Source of the DNA: an uncultured Armatimonadetes bacterium
GTDB lineage: Bacteria > Armatimonadota > Hebobacteria > Hebobacterales > Hebobacteraceae
Assembly: GCA_963716175.1 (NCBI GenBank)
Contig: OY970296.1
Location: forward strand, 1,024,001-1,088,000
Length of the DNA: 64,000 nucleotides
Direction: 5' to 3'
Shown here: in pieces, positions 51,396 through 62,455 of the stretch
How the letters are laid out: each line of letters opens with the position of its first letter
Numbering within the stretch: position 1 is the first letter of the stretch
Program-made: the position numbers and the translations under genes
Notes under the pieces: model-generated
Databases searched by the model: none
Told to the model about the DNA's origin: nothing
Seen by the model: only the letters and a program-made list of their open reading frames with translations

Positions 51396-51944
51396 GCGCG
51401 CCGCCACGCATGGTTCCGCTGAACTTGAGCGCACAACACGCGCGCCAGGGGCGGGAACTGCCGAAACCGGCTACAGAGTGCCTCAAAAGCTTCCGGAGAC
51501 GGCTGCGAAGGCCCGGCGGATCGGCCTCGCTGTTTAGACCTCAGATGTGAGAGAGTCTGTCCGCGGCAGTATCCTGGAGGAAGCGTTACCCAGGATCGAA
51601 CCCTCTCCGAATGTGGACGAGGTTGGGGTTGCGATTCCCAACGCCTGTAGGAGTTGCTGCCGCGGAACCGCTCTTTGCCTGGCAGCGTCCTAGCGCTATG
51701 TCGCTGTCTGGCTGTCGCCTTGCTGGCCAGTGGAGTCCACATCGGCCGGAGAACCTATGCCCTGGACCGACCCAACACGCGCAAACTGCCGCAAGGCGCG
51801 GGATTCCTCTCGCGAGACAGAGGAGGATGGCAGCCCACTAACGGTGAAGCGGGCCGCGGTGTCACCTCTGGACAAGGCTGTGACGTGCACAGCGGGACGC
51901 TTTGGCGAGGCTGCCCACGCTCTGCCGAACCGAAGGAGGCGTTT

Positions 51945-54900
51945 GTGGAGAGGTTTCCTGCTACGAGAGGCGGACTACTGCATACCGCGGTCTGGCTGCT
52001 GGTCGCGATCCTTCTCAGTGTGCAGCCAGCGGCCGCTCAGATCTACACTCCCCCCGATGCCGAGGCGCACTTCTACTACCTGGCAAGCAGGTACGTTGAC
52101 CTCCAGTCTCTGGCCATCCGAGCGGGCCCTGGCAGCTATGCCCGAGTGGATCTTGATCTCAAGGGCGGCCATCTCAACCTGCGCCACCGGGCGCTGATCC
52201 GCGATGATGCGGAAGGCTACTCGGATCCGAAGTTCCATCAGATCTACCGTGAGACAATCGTCGTTGATGCTGACTGGAACGGGTTTGGCTTCGCAGGCAC
52301 CGTTTCGGCCGATGCCACTTGGACAAGACAGTGCTGGGACAACCAGGGCAGGCCCAGCTTCAGCCAGGAAGTCGACACATGGAGTGGCACGCGGCCTGCC
52401 GATCTGCTAGACCTCGGCCCGTCCGACGAAGGCAAGCTGGTTCTGGCCGTCTGGGTGTGGGAATGGAGCATGCATATCGTACAGGAGTGCTGGACGACCC
52501 CGACTACTGATAATCCCGACGGGTACGAGCGAACGGAGCGCGACGAGTATTCAGGGGTTGGCCTGCAGGTCGAGCTTGGCGACCAGAACGGCGACATCTC
52601 CTTCCTGGATGTAGTTGACCCGCTCCCGGAGATGATCGACCTGGTGACGCGGGACGGGCTTGTCTTTGATCCTGAGCGTCTAGCGCGCGAGGGCTGGGGG
52701 GCATCGGGTGCGGCCGCCGATGGGGCCACCCGCCTGCTTGTGCGGGCGCGCATTCCTCAGCCGGGTACAGTCACCTTCGCTGTCGACGGACCCGGAACGC
52801 TCAGCCGCGTGGATGGCAGCGGCCGCGGGGCTGCCGTCGCCGTCACCTCCGTCCCAGCGCTCGGAGCGCAATACGCCTACTGTCTCTACTGGGCGCCTGA
52901 CGGACTCCCCGCTGGCAGCACGGAGAGCGCGCCGTTCGTCATCTCTGCGGCAGTCAACGACGGAGGCGCTCCCTGGGCACTGCCGCCGGTTGCCCTGTCA
53001 CTTCACCAGCCCCCGGTCGTGTTGCTCCATGGCATCCTGTCGGACGCCCTATCCAAAGGTAGAGTATGGGATGACTTCCCGCTGAACGCCAGTGGCCGCT
53101 TCCGCTGGACGCATGAGCCATGCTACTTCAGCGCACTCCATCTTGCCAGCAGTGCCCGGGTAGTTCCAAGGGAGGTGGAGAACGCCTGTGCCAAGGCCCG
53201 CACCGAGGGAGTGGCCGTCTGCCGTGCGGATCTCGTTGGCCACAGCATGGGCGGGCTGCTCGGGCGGTACTGGGGAAGGCAGCCCAATGAGTGGTACGCG
53301 GGCAAGCGTAACTACTACCAGGGGGACATCCGCCGCCTCATCACCCTGGATAGCCCGCATTACGGTTCTCCCGTTGCGGACCTCTTCTATGGGCTTAGCA
53401 AGGACCCCATCCTGGGACCCGTGTTGCGCGCGGCCGGACACGTGATCGGGTGGCCAGTAGAGCTTGGTGCGCTTGAGGACTTGTGCCAGGGCAGCCCCGC
53501 CTTACACCAGATGGGTCCCAGTCAGGTGATGGGTCATGCCCTAGCGGGCAGCGTTGACGTAGATGTTGACAGCACTTGGGCCGCGCTGCAGTTGCTCCTC
53601 AAGGGCTTGCCCAACCCCCTAGTGCTGCTGGGAGTCGTGGTCGGTGGAGATTACCGGCCCTCCGTCCTTTTCGGAGGGAGTTGCCACGACTACATAGTCA
53701 GCTGTGAGAGCCAGGGTGGCGGCCTCCCCGGCAGTGCCACGGACGTCTACCATGGCTCGGCATTCCAGCACACCATCGTAACCAACTCGGGCGACTACGC
53801 TGCTCGCTGTGAGTCCCTCCTCACAGAACCTGGTCAGGGCTCCGCCTTCGCGCGATTCCCAGCCATTCCCTCGGACCTCGCGGCGTCCGCCCCAGGTGAT
53901 TCCCGGGACGCGGTGTGGCAAGTGCGCCAGCCGGAACTGGCGCCGCCGACCCTTACCATCGCCTCCCCCGCCGATGGCGCGTTGGTGGCTCCCGGCACAG
54001 AGGTGCTGGTCACAGTCGAGACGCCCAGCGGCCACGCGCTCGTGTCCAGCGCGGTACTAGGGCCGGCCTCATTCGGGCGATCGCCAGTCGGAGACCCATC
54101 TCACGTCAGTTGCCCCGTCCCGCTCGACGCCGCTGGTGCGTACCCGATTGTGGCTGTGGGCGAGCTGGGAGACGGACAGTACGCGTATTCGCCAACACTC
54201 CATCTACAGGTTGACCTATCTGGGCGGGAGCCCCTGGCCCTTCGCTTCGCGCAAGACGCGCTCAACCTCGAGCCCCATGCCTCGGCCGGGACTACCTGTC
54301 TGCTCGACTGCGCCGATTCAGTAACCCGGGTGATACTCGGCACCAGCCTCGATCTCACGTACCTGTCAACCGACAGTGACATAGCCACCGTCAGCGCCGA
54401 CGGCACGGTGACAGCGGTTGGAATCGGAGCATGCACCATCGTGGCGACATATCGAGGCACTCCGGCATTCCTGCCGATCACAGTGCGAGAGCCGCGAGCC
54501 GATTTCGAGGATGTGCCCGTGGGCTTCTGGGCGTTTTATGCCATCAGGGAGGCCTTGCGCGCGGGCATTGTGAGTGGGTACTCCGTTGACCCACCGCTCT
54601 ATTCTCCTCAGCTCCCCGTCTCCCGGGATCAGATGGCGGTCTACATCTCCCGCGGTCTAGCTGGCGGCGACGCCAATGTCCCTACCGGGCCGATGGTGGC
54701 TTCATTCGAGGATGTGCCCGCCAGTCACTGGGCCTACAAGTATGTAGAGTACGCGGTAGGTCAGGGCATAGTGCAGGGCTACGATACTACCCACTACCAG
54801 CCTGCCACAGTGGTCGATCGAGGCCAGATGGCCGTGTTCGTTGCTCGGGCAAAGGGATGGGTGAAGCTTGGCGACGCGATGGACACTGCGCCCCAACTCT

Positions 54901-55064
54901 TCACCGACGTGCCAGCGGGCTTCTGGTCGGGCACAGCGATCAAAGCTTGCGTCGACAACGGTGTGGTCCATGGGTACGGCGACAGTACCTATCATCCCGA
55001 ATGGCAGGTGACTCGCGACCAGATGGCGGCCTACGTGGCTCGGGCGTTCGGGCTGCCAGTCTGA
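51945..55064 (+). CDS. cell-surface alpha/beta-hydrolase (GHSMGG lipase/esterase) + Ig-like domains + 3 SLH domains
   Basis: 'PVVLLHG', 'GHSMGG', 'ITLDSPHYGS', BIG2-like 'STDSDIATVSADG.VTAVG.G', 'TRDQMA' SLH. Confidence 0.85.
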   Translation: MERFPATRGGLLHTAVWLLVAILLSVQPAAAQIYTPPDAEAHFYYLASRYVDLQSLAIRAGPGSYARVDLDLKGGHLNLRHRALIRDDAEGYSDPKFHQIYRETIVVDADWNGFGFAGTVSADATWTRQCWDNQGRPSFSQEVDTWSGTRPADLLDLGPSDEGKLVLAVWVWEWSMHIVQECWTTPTTDNPDGYERTERDEYSGVGLQVELGDQNGDISFLDVVDPLPEMIDLVTRDGLVFDPERLAREGWGASGAAADGATRLLVRARIPQPGTVTFAVDGPGTLSRVDGSGRGAAVAVTSVPALGAQYAYCLYWAPDGLPAGSTESAPFVISAAVNDGGAPWALPPVALSLHQPPVVLLHGILSDALSKGRVWDDFPLNASGRFRWTHEPCYFSALHLASSARVVPREVENACAKARTEGVAVCRADLVGHSMGGLLGRYWGRQPNEWYAGKRNYYQGDIRRLITLDSPHYGSPVADLFYGLSKDPILGPVLRAAGHVIGWPVELGALEDLCQGSPALHQMGPSQVMGHALAGSVDVDVDSTWAALQLLLKGLPNPLVLLGVVVGGDYRPSVLFGGSCHDYIVSCESQGGGLPGSATDVYHGSAFQHTIVTNSGDYAARCESLLTEPGQGSAFARFPAIPSDLAASAPGDSRDAVWQVRQPELAPPTLTIASPADGALVAPGTEVLVTVETPSGHALVSSAVLGPASFGRSPVGDPSHVSCPVPLDAAGAYPIVAVGELGDGQYAYSPTLHLQVDLSGREPLALRFAQDALNLEPHASAGTTCLLDCADSVTRVILGTSLDLTYLSTDSDIATVSADGTVTAVGIGACTIVATYRGTPAFLPITVREPRADFEDVPVGFWAFYAIREALRAGIVSGYSVDPPLYSPQLPVSRDQMAVYISRGLAGGDANVPTGPMVASFEDVPASHWAYKYVEYAVGQGIVQGYDTTHYQPATVVDRGQMAVFVARAKGWVKLGDAMDTAPQLFTDVPAGFWSGTAIKACVDNGVVHGYGDSTYHPEWQVTRDQMAAYVARAFGLPV

Positions 55065-55194
55065 GTTGACCGGCTGACGAACCGGATTCGGATGACGATA
55101 GGTCACGAGAGCGGAAAGGATGACGGTCCGCGCGAGCCGGAACCCTGGGCGGCGCTTCCAGACCGAGCGCAGCATGTGTGAAGCCGACCGCCTT

Positions 55195-55221
55195 TGTCAA
55201 CCGCGCGTGCCGTGGGCCTGA
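55195..55221. repeat. isolated terminal module of repeat family R
   Basis: TGTCAACCGCGCGTGCCGTGGGCCTGA versus reverse complement of the 34927-34953 end, TGTCAACCGCCCGTGAAGCCGGCCTGA. Confidence 0.5.
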
Positions 55222-55344
55222 GACTGGGCAGCCAGCCATGACGAGAGAGTCAGCTCACGTGCTCGGACCCCCATGCGAGCATCTACTGCTCTATCTCCTA
55301 GGTCTGGCCGCTTTCCGTACCGCTTTGCCTCGAGTTCACGTCGT

Positions 55345-57945
55345 TCAGAAGCCGGTGTCGAAGGAAGGTCGGTCGCTTTCGGCCACGATCCCTCCCAGGT
55401 CAATCCCCAGAGCTACCCGCGCGACCAGGAAGCCCATCTCGGCCCTGATGCGGCCGTCCTTGACTTCGCCCAATGATCGCTCCGACTCGCGAACCAGCGT
55501 GCTAGCCAGCGACGGCGAGCCGGCGCAGGAGGCCCGAGCAGCCACCAGAGCGAGTGCGCGGCTCCTGTGTGCGGGGTCGCTTACTTCCCGGGCGATGCTG
55601 GATCCGTCCGCTAGGTCGAACCGAGAGGCGGTCATGGCGAGGTCAGCCGCGAACTCCGACTTCGCATCCTCCTCCTTCAGAGCTACTAGGCGCGCCCTTA
55701 GGCCTTTGAGCCGGTTCGCCAGTAGGTCAGACTGAGCAGAGACGAGCACTAGTGCCGATATACGCTCACACTGCGCTTGAAAATAGGGGTCACCAAGGCC
55801 AGCGACAAGGGTTTCGTCGTCATGGTGCCCAGCCCGGGCAAGCCGATAGGTCAGAGCGCCGGCAATATCGGCAACGAGCTGCCGCTCCTCGCCCTCCAGT
55901 GGCGTGCCCGGGCGGTAGGCAATAACAACCATCCTGCCCTTACTCTCCTTGCGCCAGTAGTCTTGCCAGCTCTGGTAGGCAATGAGAAAGTCCTGGACTG
56001 CTTGGCTTTCCTCTCCCTCCGGCCGCAGTAGCGCGCCGTACATCCGTGTAGTCCACCACGCAGACTCAGACCTTGCCAACGGCAGCGCCTTGGTGCGGTC
56101 GATCTGGGCTAGCGCCATCATCGCAGTGGACTGAGCGCGCCAATCCTTAGTCCCCTTCCAGATCTCAGCCGCCGCTGCGGCGTCGGCGACGGCAACGTCA
56201 GGGACCGCGTATGCCCCCAGGAGTTCAGTCGTGTACCGAGCTGGGGCCTCCGCGAAGCTGCCGCCAAGGATCCGCTGTGCCCGAATCCCGGCGTTCCGGT
56301 AAGCGCCCTTCAGCGCTTTCGGCAAATCCTTCCATGCCGCCAGGATCTGCTGCACACTCCCGGCTGCTGCCTCTGGACTACCGGCCGCGCGAAGCTCGGC
56401 GCATCTCCCCAGGAATAGGAAGGGAGACAGGATCTCGCTTTCCGATACGTCGTTACCTCTGTATGGACGGAACTCCACGAGGTCGTGGCCCACATCGGGA
56501 CTGACCTTGAGGACCAGCCCAACCAGCCGCATCCAGATCCCGTACATCGCCGCCGTCTTCTCGTCATGCGCACGCCAGAACTCGTTGCGGCGCTCGGGCA
56601 CCCTCATCATGTCGGTGGCTTTGTAGAGGTCGGCCTTTTCCTTGAAGTCCACGATGAGCGCGAGACACCCCGCGGCTTCCAGGACTTTGGCGGATGAGGC
56701 CGCGCAAAAAGCTTGAGCCTCAGTGATGTGCCCCTCTTTGAGAAGGGCATCGAGCAAGTCCGCGTACACGATGAGCGTCGGGAAGATATCCTCGCGGGGC
56801 ACCCGCGAGAGGCCGAACACGATCAATGCCCACGCTGCTGCGCCAGGCGTCGGGAAGACCGCCTTGACCTCTTTCCCCTGCAATGAGGCGCCCAGAAGAA
56901 CCAGGCAAATCCGATCCACGGCCTCCACAGTTGCCGGATCAAAGAGTTGAACAGCGGGCGTGACTCCCCCGCTCGGTCCTGTGGAGGACTCAAGCGCCAC
57001 CCGAGCCGCCACGAATCGCGCCACCCGCATCCGGTCAAAGGAGTCCTTCACCGAGGCCACCGCACCTACAGCCTTCTCTGGGGCCTCTAGTGCCGAGTAG
57101 ATAGCCGCCTGCAGTGAGGCCCCGAATGCCTGATGGTCGAAGTCGTCGTCGTGCTCCGCCGGCGCCGACCAGTTGAGTGTCGTCTGAAAGGCGCGGGCGG
57201 GGCAGAAATGCCCCCACCCTATGTCTGAGAGTAAAGGCTGACTCGCCTGGATAAGCCGTGATGCAGCCACCGGATCGCTCTGGCGTAGCCGCAGAGCTGC
57301 CTCGAGTGCGAAGTCGGCCACCACCGCCTTCGTCTCCCGTCGGGCCTTTGCCGATGACGCTAGGACTGCCGCTAGCAGTGTCGTCCCAGCATCGACGTCT
57401 CCCAACCACACTCGCCTTCGGGCGATCTCGCACTGGCCCTTGGCACGCCAGTACTCGTTGCTGAGGGACTGAGCAGCACGCGCTGCCACCGCCCCATCAG
57501 CGCGAGCCGCCGATGCGAGCTCCCCGGAGATAGTCTGGTAGAGGTCCTGCGCGCTCTTCGCTCTCCTAAGGCGGCGTCGCGGCTCGCCGGGCAACAGCAT
57601 ATCGGTGCCGTTCGCTGCCAACTGCGATCCTACGAATGTGAGCTCCCGGTTGCTCATCGTGTTGTAGGGGCTACTGGCGGATGCAGCGAGGACATACCAT
57701 GCAACTGCCTGGACGATAGCCGAGAGGCCCTTATTGCTGTGCGGCACCGCGCTCTCCGCGGACTTAACCGCGGCCATCAGCGCTCGCTCCGCGGTGGCCG
57801 CGTCAACAGCCCGCTGGGAGTCCTTTTCGGAGGCCGATGCTGCAGTACCCACTTGAGTAGCAGTATCTGGAGCATCGGCCGGTACGCATGGAAGCCGGGC
57901 AATGAGAAGAAGACACATCGCCAACAAGATCGTGATCAAACGCAT
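55345..57945 (-). CDS. large secreted alpha-helical hypothetical protein
   Basis: Signal MRLITILLAMCLLL; RBS AGGAGG; solenoid-like C-terminus resembling 8014..9387. Confidence 0.72.
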   Translation of the reverse strand: MRLITILLAMCLLLIARLPCVPADAPDTATQVGTAASASEKDSQRAVDAATAERALMAAVKSAESAVPHSNKGLSAIVQAVAWYVLAASASSPYNTMSNRELTFVGSQLAANGTDMLLPGEPRRRLRRAKSAQDLYQTISGELASAARADGAVAARAAQSLSNEYWRAKGQCEIARRRVWLGDVDAGTTLLAAVLASSAKARRETKAVVADFALEAALRLRQSDPVAASRLIQASQPLLSDIGWGHFCPARAFQTTLNWSAPAEHDDDFDHQAFGASLQAAIYSALEAPEKAVGAVASVKDSFDRMRVARFVAARVALESSTGPSGGVTPAVQLFDPATVEAVDRICLVLLGASLQGKEVKAVFPTPGAAAWALIVFGLSRVPREDIFPTLIVYADLLDALLKEGHITEAQAFCAASSAKVLEAAGCLALIVDFKEKADLYKATDMMRVPERRNEFWRAHDEKTAAMYGIWMRLVGLVLKVSPDVGHDLVEFRPYRGNDVSESEILSPFLFLGRCAELRAAGSPEAAAGSVQQILAAWKDLPKALKGAYRNAGIRAQRILGGSFAEAPARYTTELLGAYAVPDVAVADAAAAAEIWKGTKDWRAQSTAMMALAQIDRTKALPLARSESAWWTTRMYGALLRPEGEESQAVQDFLIAYQSWQDYWRKESKGRMVVIAYRPGTPLEGEERQLVADIAGALTYRLARAGHHDDETLVAGLGDPYFQAQCERISALVLVSAQSDLLANRLKGLRARLVALKEEDAKSEFAADLAMTASRFDLADGSSIAREVSDPAHRSRALALVAARASCAGSPSLASTLVRESERSLGEVKDGRIRAEMGFLVARVALGIDLGGIVAESDRPSFDTGF

Positions 57946-58356
57946 GCTCTTCCTCCTGTATGCGGCTGTCCCAGGCACCTATCTCGCCCCGGCTGTAGGC
58001 TGAGGTGGGGCGGGCCCTCTCGCGTATCTCAGGCCCGAGGGGCCGTCCTCGTCGGCAGGATTCTGGAGCTGGATTGGGATTCCCTACCAGTCGATCGGCC
58101 TTCGTCCAAGCCGGCCTTCAGCATCCCGGTGGCCGATAGCCTTGCGAGACTCCTTTGCGATACCCCCGCGGTAGCCGTCGCCCGGCCCGGGGCCGCTTCC
58201 ATACCGGATCACTTCGGTCCTGGTGGAGGAAACGTTTCTGGGATCGCGACACTGTCTGCCGGCGGACGAGGCACAAGTCTCGATGCCTGGGCCGCTAGTC
58301 CGAATGAGCATCGAACCTTCTCTGGCCCATCTTCCGGGAGGTAGGCTGCTCGGTGC

Positions 58357-59718
58357 TCAAGGCATGAGCCCAAACGCCCTCGCCACATACACCGCCATCT
58401 GGTCCCGCGTCACGACAATCTCAGGATGGTAGAGTCCGTCCTCATAGCCCGCGACGACCCCATTCTCGACACAGTACTCGACGTGCTTGTAGGACCAGAA
58501 GCTATCGGGCACGTCCGGGAAGTTGCGCGGGTTGGCGGGGACATAATCAGCCAGGCCTGCTTCGCCACTTGGGGCGACCAAGGCACGGGCAACGTACACC
58601 GCCATCTGGTCCCTGGTGACCTCATATTCTGGGTGGTACTTGCCGTCCTCGTAGCCGGCGACCACACCCTGGTCAACCGCATACTCGACGTACTTCAGCG
58701 CCCAGTGTCCTGTGGGCACATCGGGGAAGGAGGGGGTGTTGGGAAAGGCGGGCACGTTCCCGTCGCCACCGGCCAGAGCCCTGGCAATGTACACGGCCAT
58801 CTGGTCGCGGGTGACGCGACTGCCCGGCTGATAGGTCCCGTCCGAATAGCCGCTGACGATTCCCTTCTGAGCGCAGGCCTCAATTTCGCCCGACGCCCAG
58901 AACGAAGGCGGCACGTCCGAGAAGATGCCGCCGGTTGTCAGCACGAGGTCGTCGAACACCAGCTCCGCAGAGGTGTCGTATTCACCGCCACAAACCCCTA
59001 TCTCCAGGTTCCACAGTACCCAGCCTGTGGGGCTGGAGCCGATCAGATCCTGGAAGTCCTGCCAGAGGTCACAGTAGAAACGGCCGGATGACCCCACGCT
59101 GATGAGTACGTGCGGGTCGAGTGCGGGGTACGCGGGGAAGCCGCCGTGGCCATCCACGACGTAGTAGACGCCGGCGAGATGGGAGGGATCGGGATCGGAG
59201 GCGGGGCCTGCCGCGAACCGAGCGTATGCCCCGCCCCATCCATTGGGCCCGCCGGGGTTCCATACGGATGTTGAGGTGGCGGTGAAGAAGAAGCGAAGGC
59301 CCTCGGAAAGCGGGACCCCGGCTCCCCCTCCCGTGGTCTCCAGGCCGTTGGCTACAGAGGCCTCGCTTGCCTTCGTTTCGTGCGGATGCGCCCACACCCG
59401 CATCGCCTTAGCTGGCGTGATCTCCACGCCGCAGTCAGGCGCATACTCGGTCATGACGCCCCACTCCGAGATATCACCAGCAAACCAGGTGAGATCGGGC
59501 CTGATGCCTACGGGACTAGCGTCAAACGACTCATACCACAGGGCAGACGGGGCCTGCTGTTCTCCGACTTGGTTGCCTCCTACCACGACCTCTGCCGCGC
59601 TAGGCGCGAGCGGCGGGCAAGTGGGTGCCGCCAAAGGGTCGGCGAGCACAGGGGATGCGCAGAACGCGACGACCAGACAGCACAGAACAAGCCCCCATGG
59701 GGCTCTAGCCGCTGCCAT
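58357..59718 (-). CDS. SLH-domain surface protein
   Basis: Signal peptide; three 'F.DVP...W....E......G.V.GY.DG.Y.P...VTRDQMAVY.ARA' repeats. Confidence 0.88.
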   Translation of the reverse strand: MAAARAPWGLVLCCLVVAFCASPVLADPLAAPTCPPLAPSAAEVVVGGNQVGEQQAPSALWYESFDASPVGIRPDLTWFAGDISEWGVMTEYAPDCGVEITPAKAMRVWAHPHETKASEASVANGLETTGGGAGVPLSEGLRFFFTATSTSVWNPGGPNGWGGAYARFAAGPASDPDPSHLAGVYYVVDGHGGFPAYPALDPHVLISVGSSGRFYCDLWQDFQDLIGSSPTGWVLWNLEIGVCGGEYDTSAELVFDDLVLTTGGIFSDVPPSFWASGEIEACAQKGIVSGYSDGTYQPGSRVTRDQMAVYIARALAGGDGNVPAFPNTPSFPDVPTGHWALKYVEYAVDQGVVAGYEDGKYHPEYEVTRDQMAVYVARALVAPSGEAGLADYVPANPRNFPDVPDSFWSYKHVEYCVENGVVAGYEDGLYHPEIVVTRDQMAVYVARAFGLMP

Positions 59719-60104
59719 CGGACCTCCTAGCCAGCAGGTTCTCCATGTCCCTTGCCCAGCTCCAGCTGCTCCGGGAGAGGGGACCGCTTGTGCGACGGGC
59801 TTCAACGCGGGGTGCCAGTCATCCTCTTGTCTGCCGTCCAGGCACCCGCGGTCGCGGGTGTCGGTCCTCAGCGTCCTTGGAGCAGAAGAGGCCTCGGGTT
59901 AAGCTCCACCTCCGGCATTCCCGCTCTCGTATCTTCGCATCCTGCCCTCAGCCGTCGGTGTCGCTCCCGGCGCGCGATCAGAGTACGGATGGCCAGGCCT
60001 CTCACCAGGCCAGAATGGTACCTCTGCGGCCGCCGTCGCTTCAGTATCATCCACGCGCGCCGGAAGGGTCCAGATACAGGATCTCCTCCGTGCACGACGC
60101 GCGC

Positions 60105-60160
60105 TGGCCCCGACCCTACGCCGAGGGGGTAGCCGGAGTCGGGGGTGAACGGGGCCGCCA
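60105..60160 (+). repeat. hairpin repeat family R, copy 13
   Basis: GACCCTACGCCGAGGGGGTAGCCGGAGTCGGGGGTGAACGGGGCCG. Confidence 0.78.
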
Positions 60161-60747
60161 GCGGTCAACAGCGGTAGGCGGCCGGGCCCGAGCACTCGTG
60201 GGCCGATAACGCCAGTTCCGTCGCTAGGAAGAGAACGCCGGTTACCGCGCCAGCAAACGGGCTGAGCCGGGGCGTCGGACTGTTCATCACCTGCCCATTG
60301 CGTGGTTCGAACCCAGGGCGTGGTACGTAGCCATTCATAATGCGCTTTCCAACGTGCTGGTCCGGCGGTGGCAGTTGCCCCGGCAGGGACGCCGGCCGCG
60401 ACTGACAGCGGAGACGTAAAGGGCCGAGGAATGCCGTCACCAGCGTCACAAAGAGCGAGGCGGTCAAGCCACGGTAAGCACCCGGTGTCAAGCGCCTGCC
60501 GCCGCATATGGTTGGGTTCCCAACCACCGATCTGCCTGCTAACTGCCGAGGCTGTCCAGGACGCGGCGTCGTTGCATCTCCGGAATCTATCCCGGATGCT
60601 GTCCTGAGCCAAGCAACCCGTTTGACAGCGGGCCAACTGCGCCACTGCTGGCGCTCTGCAGGCTCACAGCCGTCCAGTTCTGGAAGTGGCAGTGCACGCA
60701 GCGAGCATGGTATACTCAGACAGCGTATACGAGGGGACGAGCGCAAG

Positions 60748-61941
60748 GTGTCACTCTCGCCAAAGGTAGAACTGGGCCACCGCGATCTGCTGAGGTGGGC
60801 GCGCGAGTCAGCAGGCTACAGCACTCGTGAAGTAGCCGCGTTCCTCCGGAGAACGGAGGACGGCATCGTTGACTGGGAAGAAGGCCGCGGTCGGCCAAGA
60901 TACAAGACACTTGAGCGCCTCGCCACCAAGTACAAGAGACCAGTTGCTGCGTTCTTCCTGCCGGATGTGCCGACGGAGCCTCCGTCCCCAGAGGACTTCA
61001 GGACAACGCCGCGACGGGGGGCAGACGAGTACCACCCGGATTCCCTGCTGGCGTTCCGAGAGGCCCGAAACTGGCTGGCCGACACGCGAGAGCTGCTAGA
61101 CCTCCTGGACATGGACCTGAGGTTCTCGCTCCCAGCCTTCACCCTTGGTGACCCTCCAGGGAACGTGGCGTCTGAGATCCGCGAGGTCCTCGGAGTTGCC
61201 GTTGAGGAACAGCTGCGCTGGCGACAGAACCACTACGCAGTCAGCTACACGTGGAGAGATGTGCTGTTTGACCATGGCATCCTGGCAATAGTCTTCAAGA
61301 TGCCCATGGACGATGTCCGCGCGTTCTCAGTAGTGGGAGACAATTTGGCCTGCATCGGGCTGAACAGTGACGATCTCGGCTACGGGCGGGTCTTTTCTTT
61401 GTTCCACGACGTGGGACATCTATGCCTGAGACAGCCTGGTGCCTCGGGCCGCTCCCCCACAATGCTGCCTCAGTCTGTCGGCTCAAGCCAGGAGACTGTT
61501 GAGCGCTACTGCGACCGATTTGCCGCCAGCTTCCTGATGCCCGCGGATCATCCCCGTGTACAGGGAGCGTTGTCTGGCATCGCGCAAGACCCGTCCCGGG
61601 ATCGGATAGAACGCGTCGCGCGCAGCTTCAAAGTGAGCAAGTATGTCACGCTCGGCCGGGCGTGGGACCTCCATTACATCAGTGGGGATCTGTACTGGAC
61701 TCTGTTCAGAGCATGGCAAGAGAGCGACGCGGCTTCTCGGGAGCGACGCGGGAAGGGGGGTCCTGGCCCTCCCGAGAAGCGGGTCAGTTGGGTGGGACGA
61801 CGACTGACATCCCTGGTCTTTGAGGCCCTGGATTCGCGGCAGATCACCCCCTATGAGACTAGCAGGCTTCTCGGCCTGGATTCACGGTATCTTGCGCGGG
61901 CGCGAGAACTCTCTACTTCGGGGCTGGGTGATGCCGAATAA
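60748..61941 (+). CDS. XRE-HTH + ImmA/IrrE (COG2856) metallopeptidase-domain protein
   Basis: 'LLRWARESAG...WEEG..RP....LE.LA..Y.RP.A.FFL'; 'FSLFHDVGH'; 'E.YCD.FAA.FLMP'. Confidence 0.88.
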   Translation: MSLSPKVELGHRDLLRWARESAGYSTREVAAFLRRTEDGIVDWEEGRGRPRYKTLERLATKYKRPVAAFFLPDVPTEPPSPEDFRTTPRRGADEYHPDSLLAFREARNWLADTRELLDLLDMDLRFSLPAFTLGDPPGNVASEIREVLGVAVEEQLRWRQNHYAVSYTWRDVLFDHGILAIVFKMPMDDVRAFSVVGDNLACIGLNSDDLGYGRVFSLFHDVGHLCLRQPGASGRSPTMLPQSVGSSQETVERYCDRFAASFLMPADHPRVQGALSGIAQDPSRDRIERVARSFKVSKYVTLGRAWDLHYISGDLYWTLFRAWQESDAASRERRGKGGPGPPEKRVSWVGRRLTSLVFEALDSRQITPYETSRLLGLDSRYLARARELSTSGLGDAE

Positions 61942-62455
61942 CGCCCCGATCTACAGTCTGGATGCGAGCGCAGTCATTTGGCTGAAGGAGCAGTATCGGT
62001 TCGAGGTAACCCACTTCCAGACGCTGTGGGAGAGGATCGGCGACCTAGGCGAGGAGGGCCGAGTCCGGATAGCGGAAGAGGCAAGGAACGAGTGCCACGA
62101 TCAGGTCCTTCAGGACTGGTTCAACAGGTATCCCAACATGGTCGAGCCCTTCTCGGCGGAGCTCAACACATATGTCAATGCTCTGAACGCGGACCTCGCC
62201 AGTGTTCGGTTGCCCCTCGTCGACCCCCAGTCAACGGACAGTCTGGCCGATCCGTTTGTCGTGGCCCTGGCACTGCAGATTGAACAGCGCCCGATCGGCA
62301 ACCTTGGCGTCCCTGGAAACCAGCGGTGTCACGTCGTTTCCTATGAGGCCCCGAGGATGCGAGCGCGGGGCTTCGCGCGTATCCCGCTCGTATGCCAGCA
62401 CTACGGCCTTCGTTGCTTGGAGTGGCCGGACCTGTTCCAGATAGAGGGATGGTAG
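61931..62455 (+). CDS. PIN-domain protein (DUF4411-like)
   Basis: 'YSLDAS', 'E..NE', 'ADPFVVALA', 'VVSYE', 'IP.VC..YG'; overlaps the upstream gene. Confidence 0.85.
   Translation: MPNNAPIYSLDASAVIWLKEQYRFEVTHFQTLWERIGDLGEEGRVRIAEEARNECHDQVLQDWFNRYPNMVEPFSAELNTYVNALNADLASVRLPLVDPQSTDSLADPFVVALALQIEQRPIGNLGVPGNQRCHVVSYEAPRMRARGFARIPLVCQHYGLRCLEWPDLFQIEGW

Noticed and set aside
60301-60320. GGTTCGAACCC T-arm-like motif (also GGATCGAACCC near 51593)
   Set aside because: No flanking tRNA stems or CCA end; too short to call
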